Shown piece after piece: positions 1 to 13,430 of a stretch of DNA of 64,000 bases. Source of the DNA: the human T2T-CHM13v2.0 reference genome, Homo sapiens. The position numbers and the translations under genes are program-made. Location of the stretch: assembly GCF_009914755.1 (NCBI RefSeq), contig NC_060936.1. The stretch is one strand, 5' to 3'. The stretch's first letter is position 1; the number at the start of each line of letters is the position of its first letter. The notes below the pieces were generated by a model. That model searched no databases and had not been told where the DNA came from. It saw nothing but the letters and a program-made list of their open reading frames with translations.

Positions 1-209
1 TCCCCTTATTATATTATTTTTCAGAGAAGGAGAAAAGAAAACAAAAAATAAAACTAAGTGTGGTGGGATTTATTAATAATGAAATGTGTTAATAAAAGAT
101 ATTTGTCAGAGGAAGAAAATAGTAAAATCTTTCCTTCCTTAAAAGTTTGCATTTAAAGTTGAAATGGTTTCCATGCTTAATGAAAACTGTCTTATCTTTC
201 TTAGCTATG

Positions 210-509
210 TTTTTTTTTTTTTGAGACAGAGCCTGGCTCTGTCACCCGGGCTGCAGTGCAGTGAAACAATCTTTGTTCACTGCAGCCTCCAACTCCTGGG
301 CTTAAATGATCCTCCAATCTCAGCCTCCTGAGTAGCTGGGACTACAGGCATATGCCACCATGCTTGGCTAATTTATTTATTTATATTTTTTGTAGAGATG
401 GGGCCTTGCCATGTTGTCTAGGCTGGTCTTGAACTCTTGGACTCCAGCAATCTGCCTGCCTCAGCCTCCCAAAGTGCTGGGATTGCAGGTGTGAGCCACT
501 GTGCCTGGC
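210..509 (-). mobile_element. Alu, AluJ-like
   Basis: Poly-T followed by an antisense Alu dimer ending GTGAGCCACTGTGCCTGGC; diverged, with J-type text (CAGCCTCCAACTCCTGGGCTTAAATGATCCTCC). Confidence 0.95.
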
Positions 510-1276
510 TTCTCTTATTGTCTTATACATCAAAACAAATAATGCACAAACATACAAAAATATTCACCTTTGAATCCCATGCCTTCCCAAGATTACTGGC
601 AATATTATCCATTCTTTTATGTTCGTTCAGAAACAGGACTTTGTGCTCTTTCTTACTGACAGAGAACTACACTAGTGGGGTTCACTTGCCTCATGTGCTG
701 GGAGAAGAAACGTAGAAGGCCCTCCTCAAAATGTCTCAGGTCCTCTGTGCGGGGCCATGTTCATCACAGAGTTTACATGTGGATTCCAAACGTCTTACTG
801 TGACTGTCAATAACACCCTTTCATGAGTTGGAAACTTCCTATTATTGCAGAAAAGATGAGGCAAAACAATCATTTCTCACCCTTTCCTTTCAAGAGAAAT
901 GGCTCAGCAGTTGCAAAATTCATTCCTGCACAACTATGGGCCTGTAATACCCTTGATTGGTTTGGTAGATTTATCTGCTGACAGACCATAATTGAGGAAA
1001 ACATTGATTAATTGATCTCTGACTGGCTTGTGAGGTGCTATATAGCAATAAGGAATATGTGGTATGTAGATCAGCTTTTAATTATTTTTGTTTAGGTTCC
1101 TGTCAGATTAAATAAGTGGCTAGGCAGTATTATCATTGATCTGTGGCACTGGAAGAAATAGTTCACAATACATGCTGAAGATTTAGAAATGGTTCATCCT
1201 ACAAGTTTAGAATGCATCTTTGCCTTATAAAGCTTTGACCTATGTAAAATCCAGATTATGCTAACAAGTTCAATTT

Positions 1277-1410
1277 GTGCAAAGCTTTGCAGCTTACAAA
1301 TCATTTTCTCATGCATCATCCTACTTGGCCCTCATGACAAATCTGAGAGGTAGGGTGGGCAGGTGTTACTATTCCTCCTTTACAAGCAAAGACAGTAAGG
1401 CTAAGAGATT
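1277..1410 (-). mobile_element. MIR fragment
   Basis: Antisense MIR core-like text CCTCATGACAAATCTGAGAGGTAGG...TTTACAAGCAAAGACAGTAAGGCTAAGAGA. Confidence 0.6.
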
Positions 1411-1869
1411 TCCCCCATCCCCACCCCAAGTAATAACACCTTATTTTAATTTGCAGAGTATGGAAAGCAAAGGAAAATTAGAAATTATTTAGCAAATTCT
1501 AGCTGGTTAAGCATGTGGAAGGCATTAATCACCACCCCAAACAACATCATACTCATCAATATTGTTTCTTACCATTAAATGTGCTGAAATAGAAATTGCT
1601 ATTTTGACAATGTGAAGTATTATTACAAGGATTTGAGTTTGCTAAAAGGCCTTATCTCCTTCAATTTGATTACTGTGTACAGGAAAAGCTCAAGATAATA
1701 ACCCATTAACCACAGTTATTAAAGGTTTTCCCGCTGTATTTGCAAAACTCATGAAAAAAAAATCGTTATTGACAGAACTAGCCAAAAATTAGTACAGATC
1801 CTTGACACTCAGGGAAACAGAGGTCAAATATAGAATATTAATATTGAACAACATGTGTACTATACAATC

Positions 1870-1968
1870 AAAGAAGAATTACTGAGCATTTTCATGCCCA
1901 GAAGTATGCTGAGTGCTGTGGGAATTTAAAACAAGCTCCTCACCCAGACAGTTTACAATCTAGTTAGG
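1870..1968 (-). mobile_element. L2 3'-end fragment
   Basis: ATTACTGAGCATTTTCATGCCCAG...GCTGAGTGCTGTGGG...GTTTACAATCTAGT. Confidence 0.5.
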
Positions 1969-3529
1969 TGTTTACCATTGAATAATCTATGCAGATCCCA
2001 TTCTTTAATGAGGAGCAAAGAGCCAGGAGCATATGGAACAATAAATGTTCTGGTAATATTAAAGACAATAACAAGCAGAAGTAAAGACAGTTTTTTCCTG
2101 CCCTGTTTTCCTGGGCTAATTTGTCAGAGCATCGTAGTCTGAACAAAAGCTGTGCCAATAGGAATCTGTACTAAGAAAGCAATATTTTCATCCTTTTTAA
2201 TGTCAGTCTGCAAGCAAAAGTGACAAGTGGTATCATTCAATGAAAGGTCAGGGGGACAAAAGCATGCAGCTGAATTTGTTTAGGGCTTACCTTATCTTTC
2301 TTAGATAAACAAAACAATTGACCTAAGTCTCATAACCTGAAGCTCTTCACATCTTACTAAACTGCAATCATGAAGTTGAAGATGATTATAATGATTATTT
2401 TTTCTTCATACCCTTCTCTCTGAAGTAGCTGCAGAGTTTTCAAAGACAAGCATGATTTCCAAAAGAGGATCAGTTTCCTTTTCATTAGAAAATGCATAGT
2501 TTTGCCTTTTTGCAGAAATTGAAAAAGATTAATAATAGGGGTGGTTCAGAAATAAGAATTACCACCTTGGAAGGAAAAAGAGACAAAGGAATCCATAGTA
2601 GGGAAGGGAGATTTGACATGACTGTGATGTCCAAGCTACCCACAGAATCAAGGGTTGCTAGAAGGGTAATTACAGTTTTGGTTCCCTTGGCAATAATTAA
2701 AGGATTAGTGGTCCCAGGGAGGGCAAAAGAGACAGTGTCAATAGAGTAAAAAACGCTTTCTTCGATACCAACAGACATTGACAAATAGCTCTTGTCTAGA
2801 AAGCAAGATTTTGTTCTGAGTCCTGGTATCCCTGGCCCCAGTACCTCCATTCTGCCCACCCATTTGCATCAGATGTGGCTGAGATCCCTGCTCCTCCTTC
2901 CTACCCTTCATTGGATCCTCCAACTTTCTTCAGGATGTTTATGGATACTTACTGCTTTTGCTTCTGTCCCCATTGTACTGAATAAGTCTTGAGGGAAGCA
3001 TAATGGTAGACAGAAACTAGATGGCCAGCAAGGAGCTCAACGGTGCCATGGTGTGGTTGAGTGCATTAGGGATAGAGCTGGGGAGACCTTGACATTTTCT
3101 AGAGATAGGGAAATAATAAAAACCTGCAGGGACAACAGAGGATGGTGCCTAGCTCACCCACCTGATAGGAAACACCAAGTAGGGCTGATAGGAGCAGTCA
3201 GCACAGACCCAAAATTCAGTGTTGAAAACCAGTGGAAAGGCAAGACTCTCAGTCATGGTCAAATAGCTTGTATTAAACTAACCCATTATAGATGATGGAG
3301 AGAGACCACAAGCTAGCAAGAACTGAAGGGGATTTAACCCTGCAAGAAGAAACCACACTGGGTGAAATTCACATACATAAGGCTCCTTCTCTGAAGGTGC
3401 TTCTTCCTGTCCTCAGGAAGCTTTTGAGAAAGTCACAGTCTTGTTGATCTGAAAAAATAGAGGGCAAAGTTTAGAACTGTGGGGTGGCTGGAAATTGAGG
3501 CAAAATATCTCTGAAAGGAAGGAGCCAAA

Positions 3530-3920
3530 CAATCTGGAAAACTTATCCTATTATCGATTTCAGAACTTTTTATTAAGCTACAACAATTAAGACAGGAGGG
3601 TAGTAGCAGCATAAGGACAGAACAAGAAAGAAATGGAGCAGAATAGAGAGGATAGAAATACATCCATATATGCATATAGTCAACTGATTTGTTAAACCAT
3701 GGACCAAAGTAATTTAGTTTAATGGGAAAAAGATAGTTATTTTTAAAAAATGTATTGGAACAGCTGAATAAACATATGAAAAAAATGAATCTCAATCTTT
3801 ACTTCATATTATACACAGAAAACAAATTTGAAGTGGATGGAAGATTTAATTAATTTCTAAAAGTTTAAAGGTTTTAGGAGAAAATGTGGAATATTTTTGT
3901 AACCTCAGGAAAAGACAAAG
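3530..3920 (+). mobile_element. Old L1 (L1M) ORF2 fragment
   Basis: AAGCTACAACAATTAAGACAG...AAATGGAGCAGAATAGAGAG...CAACTGATTT...; A-rich L1 ORF2 3' region, decayed. Confidence 0.75.
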
Positions 3921-3989
3921 ATCAATTCTTTATCAATACAGACTCTTGGCTCTTTATCTTACTCAATGATATAGAATTCATTAAGCCAA

Positions 3990-4222
3990 TATTCAATTTG
4001 ATGTTCAATTATCATATTTGACCAGAAGGAACCCCTAAAACAGAATTCCATATGTTTTTGACATACCCCCATTTTTCTTTGAGTGCTTCTGCATTTTCTG
4101 ACACAACAAAATATTCCAGACTTGTTTTCTACTTTCCTTCCCTAAGCTCTAGAATCAGCTATTTCTTTAAGAACCTCTGGCTCCTTTTAGCAAAGGAATG
4201 GTATAAAAACGAGATCTGGGTC
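3990..4222 (-). mobile_element. L1MC-type 3' UTR fragment
   Basis: CTAGAATCAGCTATTTCTTTAAGAACCTCTGGCTCCTTTTAGCAAAGGAATGGTAT...GAGATCTGGG resembles antisense L1MC4-like 3' UTR. Confidence 0.7.
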
Positions 4223-5074
4223 CTTACTCTGCCCAAATAAACAGCTGTTGTATTTGATTTCATGGTTGGTGGGACAAGGGTTATGGATTTCCACTGGAGG
4301 ATGTCCACTGGAGAACATTTGCCCTTCTCACATGAAAGCCATGGTGTGAGCAAAGACTGGCAGGAATGTAGTTTCCTCTGGAGACAGTGAGGATATCAGA
4401 TTGGTGGGTGAGTGGCGGAGAAGGCTGGACAGGGTGAAGGGAATAGTTCTAACTGAAAGACATGAGGATTTCCTGTTAAGCAGCCAGCTCCCCTTGCCTT
4501 CACCTGGACACAAGACTGACCACAGAAGAGGGGCTGGCTGCCCATTCATTTTTAGCAGAGTCAGTTGTTCAGCTAGAGTTCTGAGGCATGCTGAGAACAG
4601 AAAACTCTCAACTTGATATCCTTCCAAAGACAACTCCATAGTTTCGAGGTTAGGAACAGAATGCTCAGAATTGGGCATTCATTTTCTCGAGGTCAGTAAC
4701 ATATCTTCAAATTCTCATTTGACGGTCTCCATGGTACTCCAAATCAAGTTAGAATTAATTTGAAACTCATTTCTCTTTCAGGTCTAGGTCTGATAATTTT
4801 CATTCATTTCTTTCATGGACATGGTGACTCTTTTCTTGCCATCCTTAAGGAGAAAAGCCATGGACACTACAAAATCTTTGAGGTTTGAAGTGGGAACTAG
4901 GAGATTCAGGCTTGAAGATGAACTAGAATTGGAGACAGGGTAGGGGAAATATGAAAGGCCCTCTTATTGCAAGTTTTAGGAGCCACTAAAGCATAGGCTT
5001 TAGATTCTTTTGATAGTGATGTCACTATTGACATGCAAACCAAGAATTAACTCGTAACAGGACCCACTAGAATG

Positions 5075-5214
5075 AGCACTTATTGAACATTGCATGCACT
5101 GCTCATTATGCTAAATGTTTTACATGTGGTCTTTCATTTACTCTTCCTAGCAACCTTGTAAAGTAGGTGTTGCTATATGAGTTTTATACTTGCAGAAACC
5201 AAGGCCTATGAGGT
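5075..5214 (-). mobile_element. MIR
   Basis: TTATTGAACATT...CTAAATGTTTTACATGT...CAACCTTGTAAAGTAGG...GAAACCAAGGC. Confidence 0.7.
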
Positions 5215-5613
5215 TGTTTTAGGTTCAATTCTGCTGGGAATATATTCCGTGATTTGTGTGCAGAAGATTCGTTGAGTAGTGCTGAGCAGCATTTGTAAAG
5301 GAGAGAGGAAAGCATGGCTGAGCAGAGGAACAAGTTGAATTGAGGTGATGCGACTGAGGCCTCAGCATCTCCCAAGGAGAGCTGGTGGTAGGATGACCTC
5401 TCAGAGTTCTGCCATGTCAAGGCAAGGGTGCTGGCCCTTCGAAACCTCTCTTCATTAGTCTTTGGATATCAGCTGACCCTGAAGAGGGGCAGCTTAATTT
5501 AGATGAGGGCAATTCCTAAATCTGTCATCAGCATGCATTCTCAGAAGCTAGGGGAATGAGTGCTTCAGTCTTAAAGGAAGGGGTCTAGATGGGACATCAC
5601 ACCATCTGCCACA
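5215..5613 (-). mobile_element. ERVL LTR, LTR16-like (3' LTR of the adjacent relic)
   Basis: The minus strand starts TGTGGCAGATGGTGTGATGTCCC and ends GAACCTAAAACA (TG...CA); LTR16-like internal text. Confidence 0.75.
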
Positions 5614-6840
5614 GTTTGTTATTTGGATCCATTGGTTTTATATACTAAGATCCCCACATCTGAAAACAACTACTTCCCCCAAATTCTGATTGTTTTTGTT
5701 TCCCTATGAAAGTTAAAGGAGGAAGGTTTGTGGGACCAACTCAGCCTCTTGCCACAGTAGCTTCTGAAACTCACTACTGATACTCTTCTTCTTCCTCTAG
5801 TACTTATTTTAGATTCTCCTTGTCCGTGGTTAATACTACTGCAATTTAACGTGGCTTACTTGGCAGGATGACCCATATCCTCATCCTTCAGGGCTCTGAG
5901 CCCTTGGTTCTCATAGCTTTCTCAGGCTATGGGTGCTATATACATCTCTGTTTTCCATTGAAATTGGGTAGGTAAGTACCAAGAAATGCCCAGTGGATTA
6001 TTTGGGTTCCAATCATATTATTCCTTGTCCTCATTGTATAAAAGCAGTCCTGTGCCTCCTCCTTATAATCGGTTAGTTACTCTTGCCCATTTAATGACCC
6101 TTTTCCTTGCCTACTGGTCTCTTGGCACTGAAGACTCAAAGAAACTGTGTGACAGCTGCAGCTTAATGTTAAATAGGGCTCTACCCAAGTCTCCTGATAG
6201 AATCATTCCCATTCTGGGAACCAGTACTTCTAGATGCACACAGCCTAAAGCTGCAGTGTTTGAAAGTACAAATTTTTCAGGCATATCACCTAGAATAATT
6301 GTATGAGGGCTCTCTACTACCTCCCGGCCATGCTTCCTGGACCTATGGGACTACAAAACCATATAACGGTGATTGTTTTAAGGTAGGTACTACATCCTGG
6401 AAGATGCTCACCCTTCTCACTGAGCATCATCTCCAAGGTGGTGCCTCAGCAGTGCCTCCCCAAGGCTGCTCCGTTGCTCTATCAGGCCTGCAGCTGCTGT
6501 AAAGTGGGTCCTTTGTTCCGAAGGGATGTCCTGCAGTATCCCCTGTCAGAGGAACAAATACATATAAGCCTTCAGATAGTCTGCTTGGCAAGGTCCTGTG
6601 GTTCAAAAGGGCAAATCCATACTCCAAAACAGGACACCCTATCTGGGAGCATAGAAGGGAATTTTTCCCACTCATTGAGGGCAGTGACATTTTGATGGAA
6701 GGAAGGATAATGGGGTGGCAAGTTGAGTCCCAGAAACAGCAATAATAAGTCTTGAGAAGAAATCTAGGGTAGATGCTGTGGAAGCAGGAGCCGTCCAGGG
6801 ATGGCATCATGTTAGGTCTTTAGATGGCAGACAGCAAGGC
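5614..6840 (-). pseudogene. ERV-L internal relic (ERV3-16A3/HERV16-like): decayed integrase followed by dUTPase
   Basis: Minus-strand translation gives integrase-like YGFA, EQRTHFT (cf. DQGTHFT) and AAGLIE, then dUTPase-like LEVLVPRMGMILSGD...KLQL and GLLLYNEDKE*YDWNPNNPLG; stops and frameshifts present; upstream boundary approximate. Confidence 0.8.
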
Positions 6841-7721
6841 TCCTGCAGCAAGGGAAGGTTGGGGGCTCCACAGAGAATGCATGGTTGGAGTAGGGATTTG
6901 AGTTAACCTGCCTTGGAAAGAGAGAAGACCCAGCCATTCCCCTCCAGTCAGAGATGAAGCCTATTTTTGTTAGCATTGTTAGTGATATTAGTCACATCCC
7001 TTGATTGTTTGCCTCTACTTCTTCAGGGCTTCAGAATCACGAGTTACACAAGTTTTATTACTTAAGTACAGTCTTAATAGTGTTGGTGGTGGGGTCAGGG
7101 TTAAAGAAAGAGTCAGATCCTTTGTGTGGCTATGGGTCTGTGGTGAAGATTCAGAGAAACTTTGCCCATTTTACTTGTACTTCAGTTTCCAGAGTTTGAA
7201 AAATCACAGGGAAATCAATCAGATGCGATTTGGTATGTTGAAAGGTCTGATTCTAACACAAATATTTTCAGAAGGAACATGGGAAAGGTCAAAAATTGTC
7301 AGCTCGGTGAATATCTTTTGGTGATAAAATACTTTCCAGCAGTAAATTTCCACTGGTTCTCTCTCTTTTTGTCAGTTGAACAAAGCACTTGCATGCTTTG
7401 CTGGTTTCTAACTAATGAGTTAGCTTTGCTCTTTTAAAAAAGTAATATATAATAGAGAGTATCCACTGAGTCAATAAACCTTTAATCGGAAGTGTCTTAA
7501 TGACAAACAGCAGAGAATCACATGAAATAAGGTTAAAGGCTCTTAAATTGAATCATAGTTCTGGTGTTGAACATTTCCACAGGGATACAAAAATAATAAA
7601 AGGGATCATGTCATATTTGTTGTGCCTAAGGAAGTACAAAGATATTTGTTCCATACGTCCTCCTCTTTAGAATTTTAAAGTCAAATGACTTAAAAATCCT
7701 CTTTTAAATAAAGGCATTTAA

Positions 7722-8029
<308 letters not shown>

Positions 8030-8318
8030 TTAATTATACAGTTTTTAATACTGGAAATGGTGGGGTTGAAATGCAATTTTTTTTAAAAAAGCTCTAATTA
8101 CTAAACTAATTTCTGAGTACCTATATGGTTTTTTTGATAGTTATTTTAATATTTTTGTAATAAGCACACTGGTATCTTGCCTAAGAGAGTTTTATTTAGA
8201 AAATACATTTAAACATTTTTTCTCAAATATTTGGTAATCTTAAAGCAAAATATCCTGTCCTTTCCAGTCTGTCTTCATTCTGTCGGTACATATAGGCTTT
8301 AAAAAACTTGCTGGATCT

Positions 8319-8662
<344 letters not shown>

Positions 8663-9014
8663 TCAAGGCTCCTAGAGATTTTATACCTTGCATGTTAATT
8701 AGTTCAAGCATCAATATCAAAACTCTGTGTTGTCATTTCTCCCCTGTTGGCACTCTGGTTAGTCTCTTTAAGACAGACATTTTTCTGACAGTCTGTACCT
8801 GTCTAAACTGCTCATTGACACATTTCCTTGAAATGTGGGAAAATTGGCCAAGTCACAGTAGCACATTAGTTAAGACAAATATAGGTTTTATAACTGCTTC
8901 CTCCTCTCTAATACTCCCCAAGTTCAAAGACTTTCTTTTAATCTCAAAACCACCTACTGACCAGTCTCCTTGCTAATCTCTCTTATTCTTTATTCTCTGT
9001 ACTCTCTAACATAA

Positions 9015-9140
9015 GAACTAGCTTTCCAAAGCACAAGTCGAAACCAAAATCTCTAAAGCCTCTGAGAGAAGTATTTTGATATTGCTGTATTTTCAAATGC
9101 ATTTGATATTGTTTGCATGATACTTTCCTGGGAAAAGGCT
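9015..9140 (+). mobile_element. Possible CR1/L3 reverse-transcriptase relic
   Basis: Translates to FPKHKS (cf. GFTKGKS) and FSNAFDIV (cf. DFSKAFDTV); short and heavily decayed. Confidence 0.4.
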
Positions 9141-9654
9141 AATTGGAACACCAGAAATGAGTAGAGGATGCTGCCTGAGCATTTTATAGCTCAGCATGTT
9201 CTAGTTCATTCTGTTCTCCTACTGAGGTAAAATCCCAGAAATTCAGGGGCATGTTCAATGCTTCACAAGCTTTCAAAAGAGAATTTATGCCAATTGTTCA
9301 CGAGTGAGTTAGAGAAGATCTGCAATAGGAGGCCCCGTAAGAAACTGGGTCCAAGTGCTGTCCTAGATCATCTGAAGAGCCGAACCTCTTTTGAAAGATG
9401 GGACTAAGGTCAGGGAAGTTGATCTCTAGCTCCTAAACCATTTCTTCATCTCTAGTAGGGATGAAAGAGAAACCTATAAGGTTAGTGTCAGGTAGGCTGA
9501 TGGTAAACAGCCTGCCTGTCCTTGAAGATTGAATAAAAGTGCCTCAGCCAAGTGGTTAAGGGCAAGAGGACTGAGTGGGCTACTGTCATTGAAGAGCTGA
9601 AGCATAACTTCATATTGAGTCTTAGGGTAAAACCTGAGGGAGTTGAGGCAATTC

Positions 9655-11045
9655 CTGTCAGATACTGAGATCTCCAGAAATGTGACCTTATTTGGAAATA
9701 GGGTTTTTGCAGATATAATTAATTAAGACGGGGTCATACTAGATTAGGGTGGGCCCTAAATCCAGTGACTGGTATATTTATAGAAGGCCACATGAACATA
9801 CAGAGACAGAGACCCACAAGAAAGGAGACCATGTGACAACAGAGTGGGAGATTGGAGTGATGTATCTACAAGCCAAGTGACTGCCAGCACCAGAAGCTCA
9901 GAAGAGAACAGGAAGGACACTTCCCTTGAGCCTTCAGAGAGCGGATGGTCCTCATGACATTTTGATTTTGGGCTTCTGGTCTCTCAAACTGTGAAAGAAT
10001 AAATTTCCGCCATTTATTTATTTTTTTTTAAGAAATCATGGTACAAAACACTGAACATTAGATTTATCTTCTTAACAAATTTTTAGGTGTATGGTTCAGT
10101 ATTATTAACTATAAGCACAATGTTGTTCAGCAGACTTCTAGAATTTTTTCATCTTGTGTGATTGCATCGCTATACCCATTGAAGAGCAATTCAAATTTTC
10201 CCCTCTGCCTCAGTCCCCGGCAACTACCATTGCCACGTGATGGTAGAACTAACATTCTACCTACCATTTTAAAGCAGTAAAACTTCCATGAGTTTTACTA
10301 CTTTAGATACCTCATATAAGTGGAATCATGCAGTATTTGTTTTTCTGTGATTGGCATATTTCACTCAGCATACTGTCCTCCAGCTTTACTCATGTTGTAG
10401 CATGTGGCAGCATTTCCTTTTATAAGGTTGAATAATATGCCATTGTAAGTATACCATATTTTCTTCACTCATTCATTCACTGATGGACATTTAGGTTGTT
10501 TCTCGCTATTGGCTATTGTGAATAATGCTGCAATGAACATGGGAGTGTAAATAGCTCTTCAAGATCCTGATTTCAATTCTTTTGGATAGATACCTAGAAG
10601 TGAGGTTTCTGGATAAGATAGTGATTCTGCTTTTAATTTTTTGAAGGGCCTATATAGTGTTTTCTAAAGTGGCCATACTGTTTTACGTCTTCACAAGGAT
10701 TCAAATTTTTTTCACATCCTCACCAACTCTTGTTATTTTCTGTTTTTTGATAATGACATTCTAACTGGTGTGAGGTGATACTTCATTGTGGTTTTGAGTT
10801 TCATTTTCCTGATGATTAGTGATGTTGAATGTCTTTTTATTGATTATTGAGAAATATGTATTGAAGTCCTTTGCCCATTTGTAACTGGGTTATTTATTTG
10901 TTTTTCGCTATTGGGTTGTAGGAGTTCCTTATGTACTTTAGGTATTAAACCCCTTATCAGATATATATGGTTTGTAAATATTTTCTCATGTTCCATGGGT
11001 TGCCAGTCTCTGTTGTTTTAAGCCCTCCAGTTTGTGGTAATTTGA
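9655..11045 (+). mobile_element. MaLR LTR (MLT1B/C) split by an L1 insertion (pieces 9655-10008 and 11011-11045)
   Basis: AATGTGACCTTATTTGGAAATAGGG...GAATAAATTTCC, resuming as TGTTGTTTTAAGCCCTCCAGTTTGTGGTAATTTG. Confidence 0.85.
10011..11005 (-). mobile_element. L1MA9-like 3' fragment
   Basis: CTTAACAAATTTTTAGGTGT...TTAGATACCTCATATAAGTGGAATCATGCAGTATTTG; antisense L1 3' UTR and ORF2 end. Confidence 0.9.
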
Positions 11046-11094
11046 AGTATAGAACATAATCCCAATTACGCTTAAGGCTCTCTCTATGTTCTAT

Positions 11095-11250
11095 AGAAAA
11101 GACGCACGCAGAAATGGATCAAAATGTTAATAATACTTATCTCTGAGTATGGGAATAAAGGTTATTTTTGTTTTCTCCTTTATAATCTTTTATATCTTTC
11201 AAGTCATCTCAAATGAGAATTCATTGTTTTAAAACATAAATAAAATTAAA
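11095..11250 (+). mobile_element. L1ME 3' end
   Basis: CAAAATGTTAATAATACTTATCTCTGAGTATGGGAATAAAGGTTATTTT. Confidence 0.6.
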
Positions 11251-11299
11251 GGTAAAACTTGAGCAACAACATTAAAAGATATCCTGAAAGTCTGTAATT

Positions 11300-11850
11300 A
11301 AGTGAATAATTATTGAGTATCTACTATGTTCTTGGTACTGTTTTAAGCACTGGGAGTATGAAAGAGTTCTTACATTTCAGTTGTTTACTGTTATGTCTGA
11401 GAAAATAGACAATATGCAGATAAATAAATAAATAAAATAACTTCCTAGACATGTGAGAGCTAAGTAAACAGAAGATAAAATGAGACAATGTAAATAGAGA
11501 GCACCTGGGGTGGTCAAGGAAGCCCTCTGTGAGACAGTGATGATTTTATTGAGACCTCAGTGGTGAGAGGGAGGCAGCAATAAGAAGTTTTGGAGAAACT
11601 TTGAAGCTAAAGGAACAGCAAGCACAAAGGCCCTGGGGTGGGAAGGATCCTGGTATATGGCTGGAATGGAGTGATGGGCAGGGCAGATCACGTGGGGACA
11701 CAAGCCACCCAGAGGTCCCTATGATTGAACCAGACCAGGACCCACAGTCCTAGAGAGGAGTGTGAGCTGTAGTGTTGTTGCAGGGGGAAGTCCATTGGAG
11801 GTATTGATGTTTGCATCAGAAATCTCACTCTGGCTATTGTGTAGTGGATG
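11300..11850 (-). mobile_element. L2 (L2a-like)
   Basis: TATTGAGTATCTACTATGTTCTTGG...GGTCAAGGAAGCCCTCT...GGAACAGCAAGCACAAAGGCCCTGGGG. Confidence 0.8.
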
Positions 11851-11965
11851 CACCTTGTGTGTTTCTCTGTGTGACGATGTTCAAAGAATAAAGGTCAGTC
11901 TAGGCAGTTTAAACAGAAAAGGAATGTAGTGAGGAATCTTAGGACACTTAAAGAAATTTTGAGAG

Positions 11966-12745
11966 TGAAATAGGAAAACTTCCCTCATCTCCCTTGCAGG
12001 GTATGCGGCAGGGTTCGCTTCTTCAATGTCCTTCTGCTCAAACCCCTAGGGGACATGCAGATGGGCAGGTTGTAGGGAGCTTTTTGGGCTCCGACCCCAC
12101 GGCAGCGTCTAGGGGTGAGTGTTTAGAGCTCCCGAAGCCCCAGTGGCCATGTTACAATGTGCTCTTTCAGTTTTGCCATCTGCAGGTAGCTTGTGTTAAT
12201 CAGTTCAGTTAGACCCTATGCCTTATCACAAGGACAGAAGGCTTTCTGTATCACGGGTTCTTCCCTAGTGGACCGGAAAAAATGAATCCCACGTAGGCTT
12301 GGAGGATGGGTGCAAGGTTTTTTATTGACTGGTGGTAGCTATCAGTGAGGTAGATGGAGAGGTCAGAAGGGTCATAGAGGGGGAAGGTGGTCTTCCATGG
12401 AGTTGGGCGGCCCAGCGGCAGCCGGACTCTTCTCCAACCGCCCCCCTCCACCGCCGAATTCCACATCTTTCTGCTGTCAATGGCCTGCTGATGTCTGCTC
12501 CTCTTCTGCTCTCGATGTCCAGTTGCTTGTGTGTGTGCCCACTAGGGTCTCAGGTTTTTTTTTTTCATAGGCACAGGATGGGGACACGGGGAGGGCCAGA
12601 GTGGTCTTGGAAAATGCAACATTTGGGTGGGAAAACAGGAGTGCCTGTCCTCACTTAGGTCCATGGGCACAGGCCGAAGGGTGGAACCCTCATCAGGGAC
12701 CCTGCCCTTGTCTACCCAGCATTTCCCTGCCCTCCTCTCATATCA
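11966..12745 (-). mobile_element. Solo ERV1 LTR, LTR1 family
   Basis: TGAAA...TATCA termini (minus strand TGATA...TTTCA); 4-bp TSD AGAG at 11962-11965 / 12746-12749; GC-rich LTR1-like text; sits within an older MLT1-like fragment. Confidence 0.85.
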
Positions 12746-13430
12746 AGAGGACTAGAGAATTAGACTTGGAGATTGCACAGACAGACCACTGTCCAGTGAC
12801 ATTGCTGGTTACTCCAGGGGTTCCCTACTAGACCTCAGTGAACACGGGCCCCACAGCCTGCACCTGAATGCTGGGCCCAGAACTTAGGAAGATATATGTA
12901 ACTCTGCACTTTACAATTAATACAGCATGTAGATCCTGATCTGAGTGAAAGAATTGTTAGAAGATTTCTTGTGTTAGCTGAGAAACCTAGGAGTAACCTT
13001 GCTGATTTTTTTCTTATTGGTAAAAGATGGCTTCAATGAGTTCTTTCCAGTTTCCTTCTATTATTTTCCCAAATCATTGTAGATTTTTGTATTTATAATC
13101 AACATTAATTTTTAAATATTTGTCATTTTTTAGACTGCCTGTCTTCTATCTGAATGACATTTAAGTAAACAAGGTGTATATTTTTTCTTTAAATTTTTTC
13201 TTCTTAGCAGAAATTGTTAGACAAAACTTAACTTTGATTTTAAGAAGCTTCTACAAATAATCTGATTTAGCTATTAATAACCAGGTTAATAAGTCTGTCA
13301 TTCCAGAGTGGGGCAAGTGCTACATTTTCCAAAATACATAGCTAAGATATCAACTAATACAACTGTATATCCAGAGTAGGAAGGCAGAGGTTTTGTTTAT
13401 CCTATGCAGAAATGTTCTGACCTGTTTTTT

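Noticed and set aside
2485-3295. Cluster of 60-124 aa ORFs in non-repeat-looking sequence
   Set aside because: No recognisable protein similarity or splice pattern; lengths are within chance
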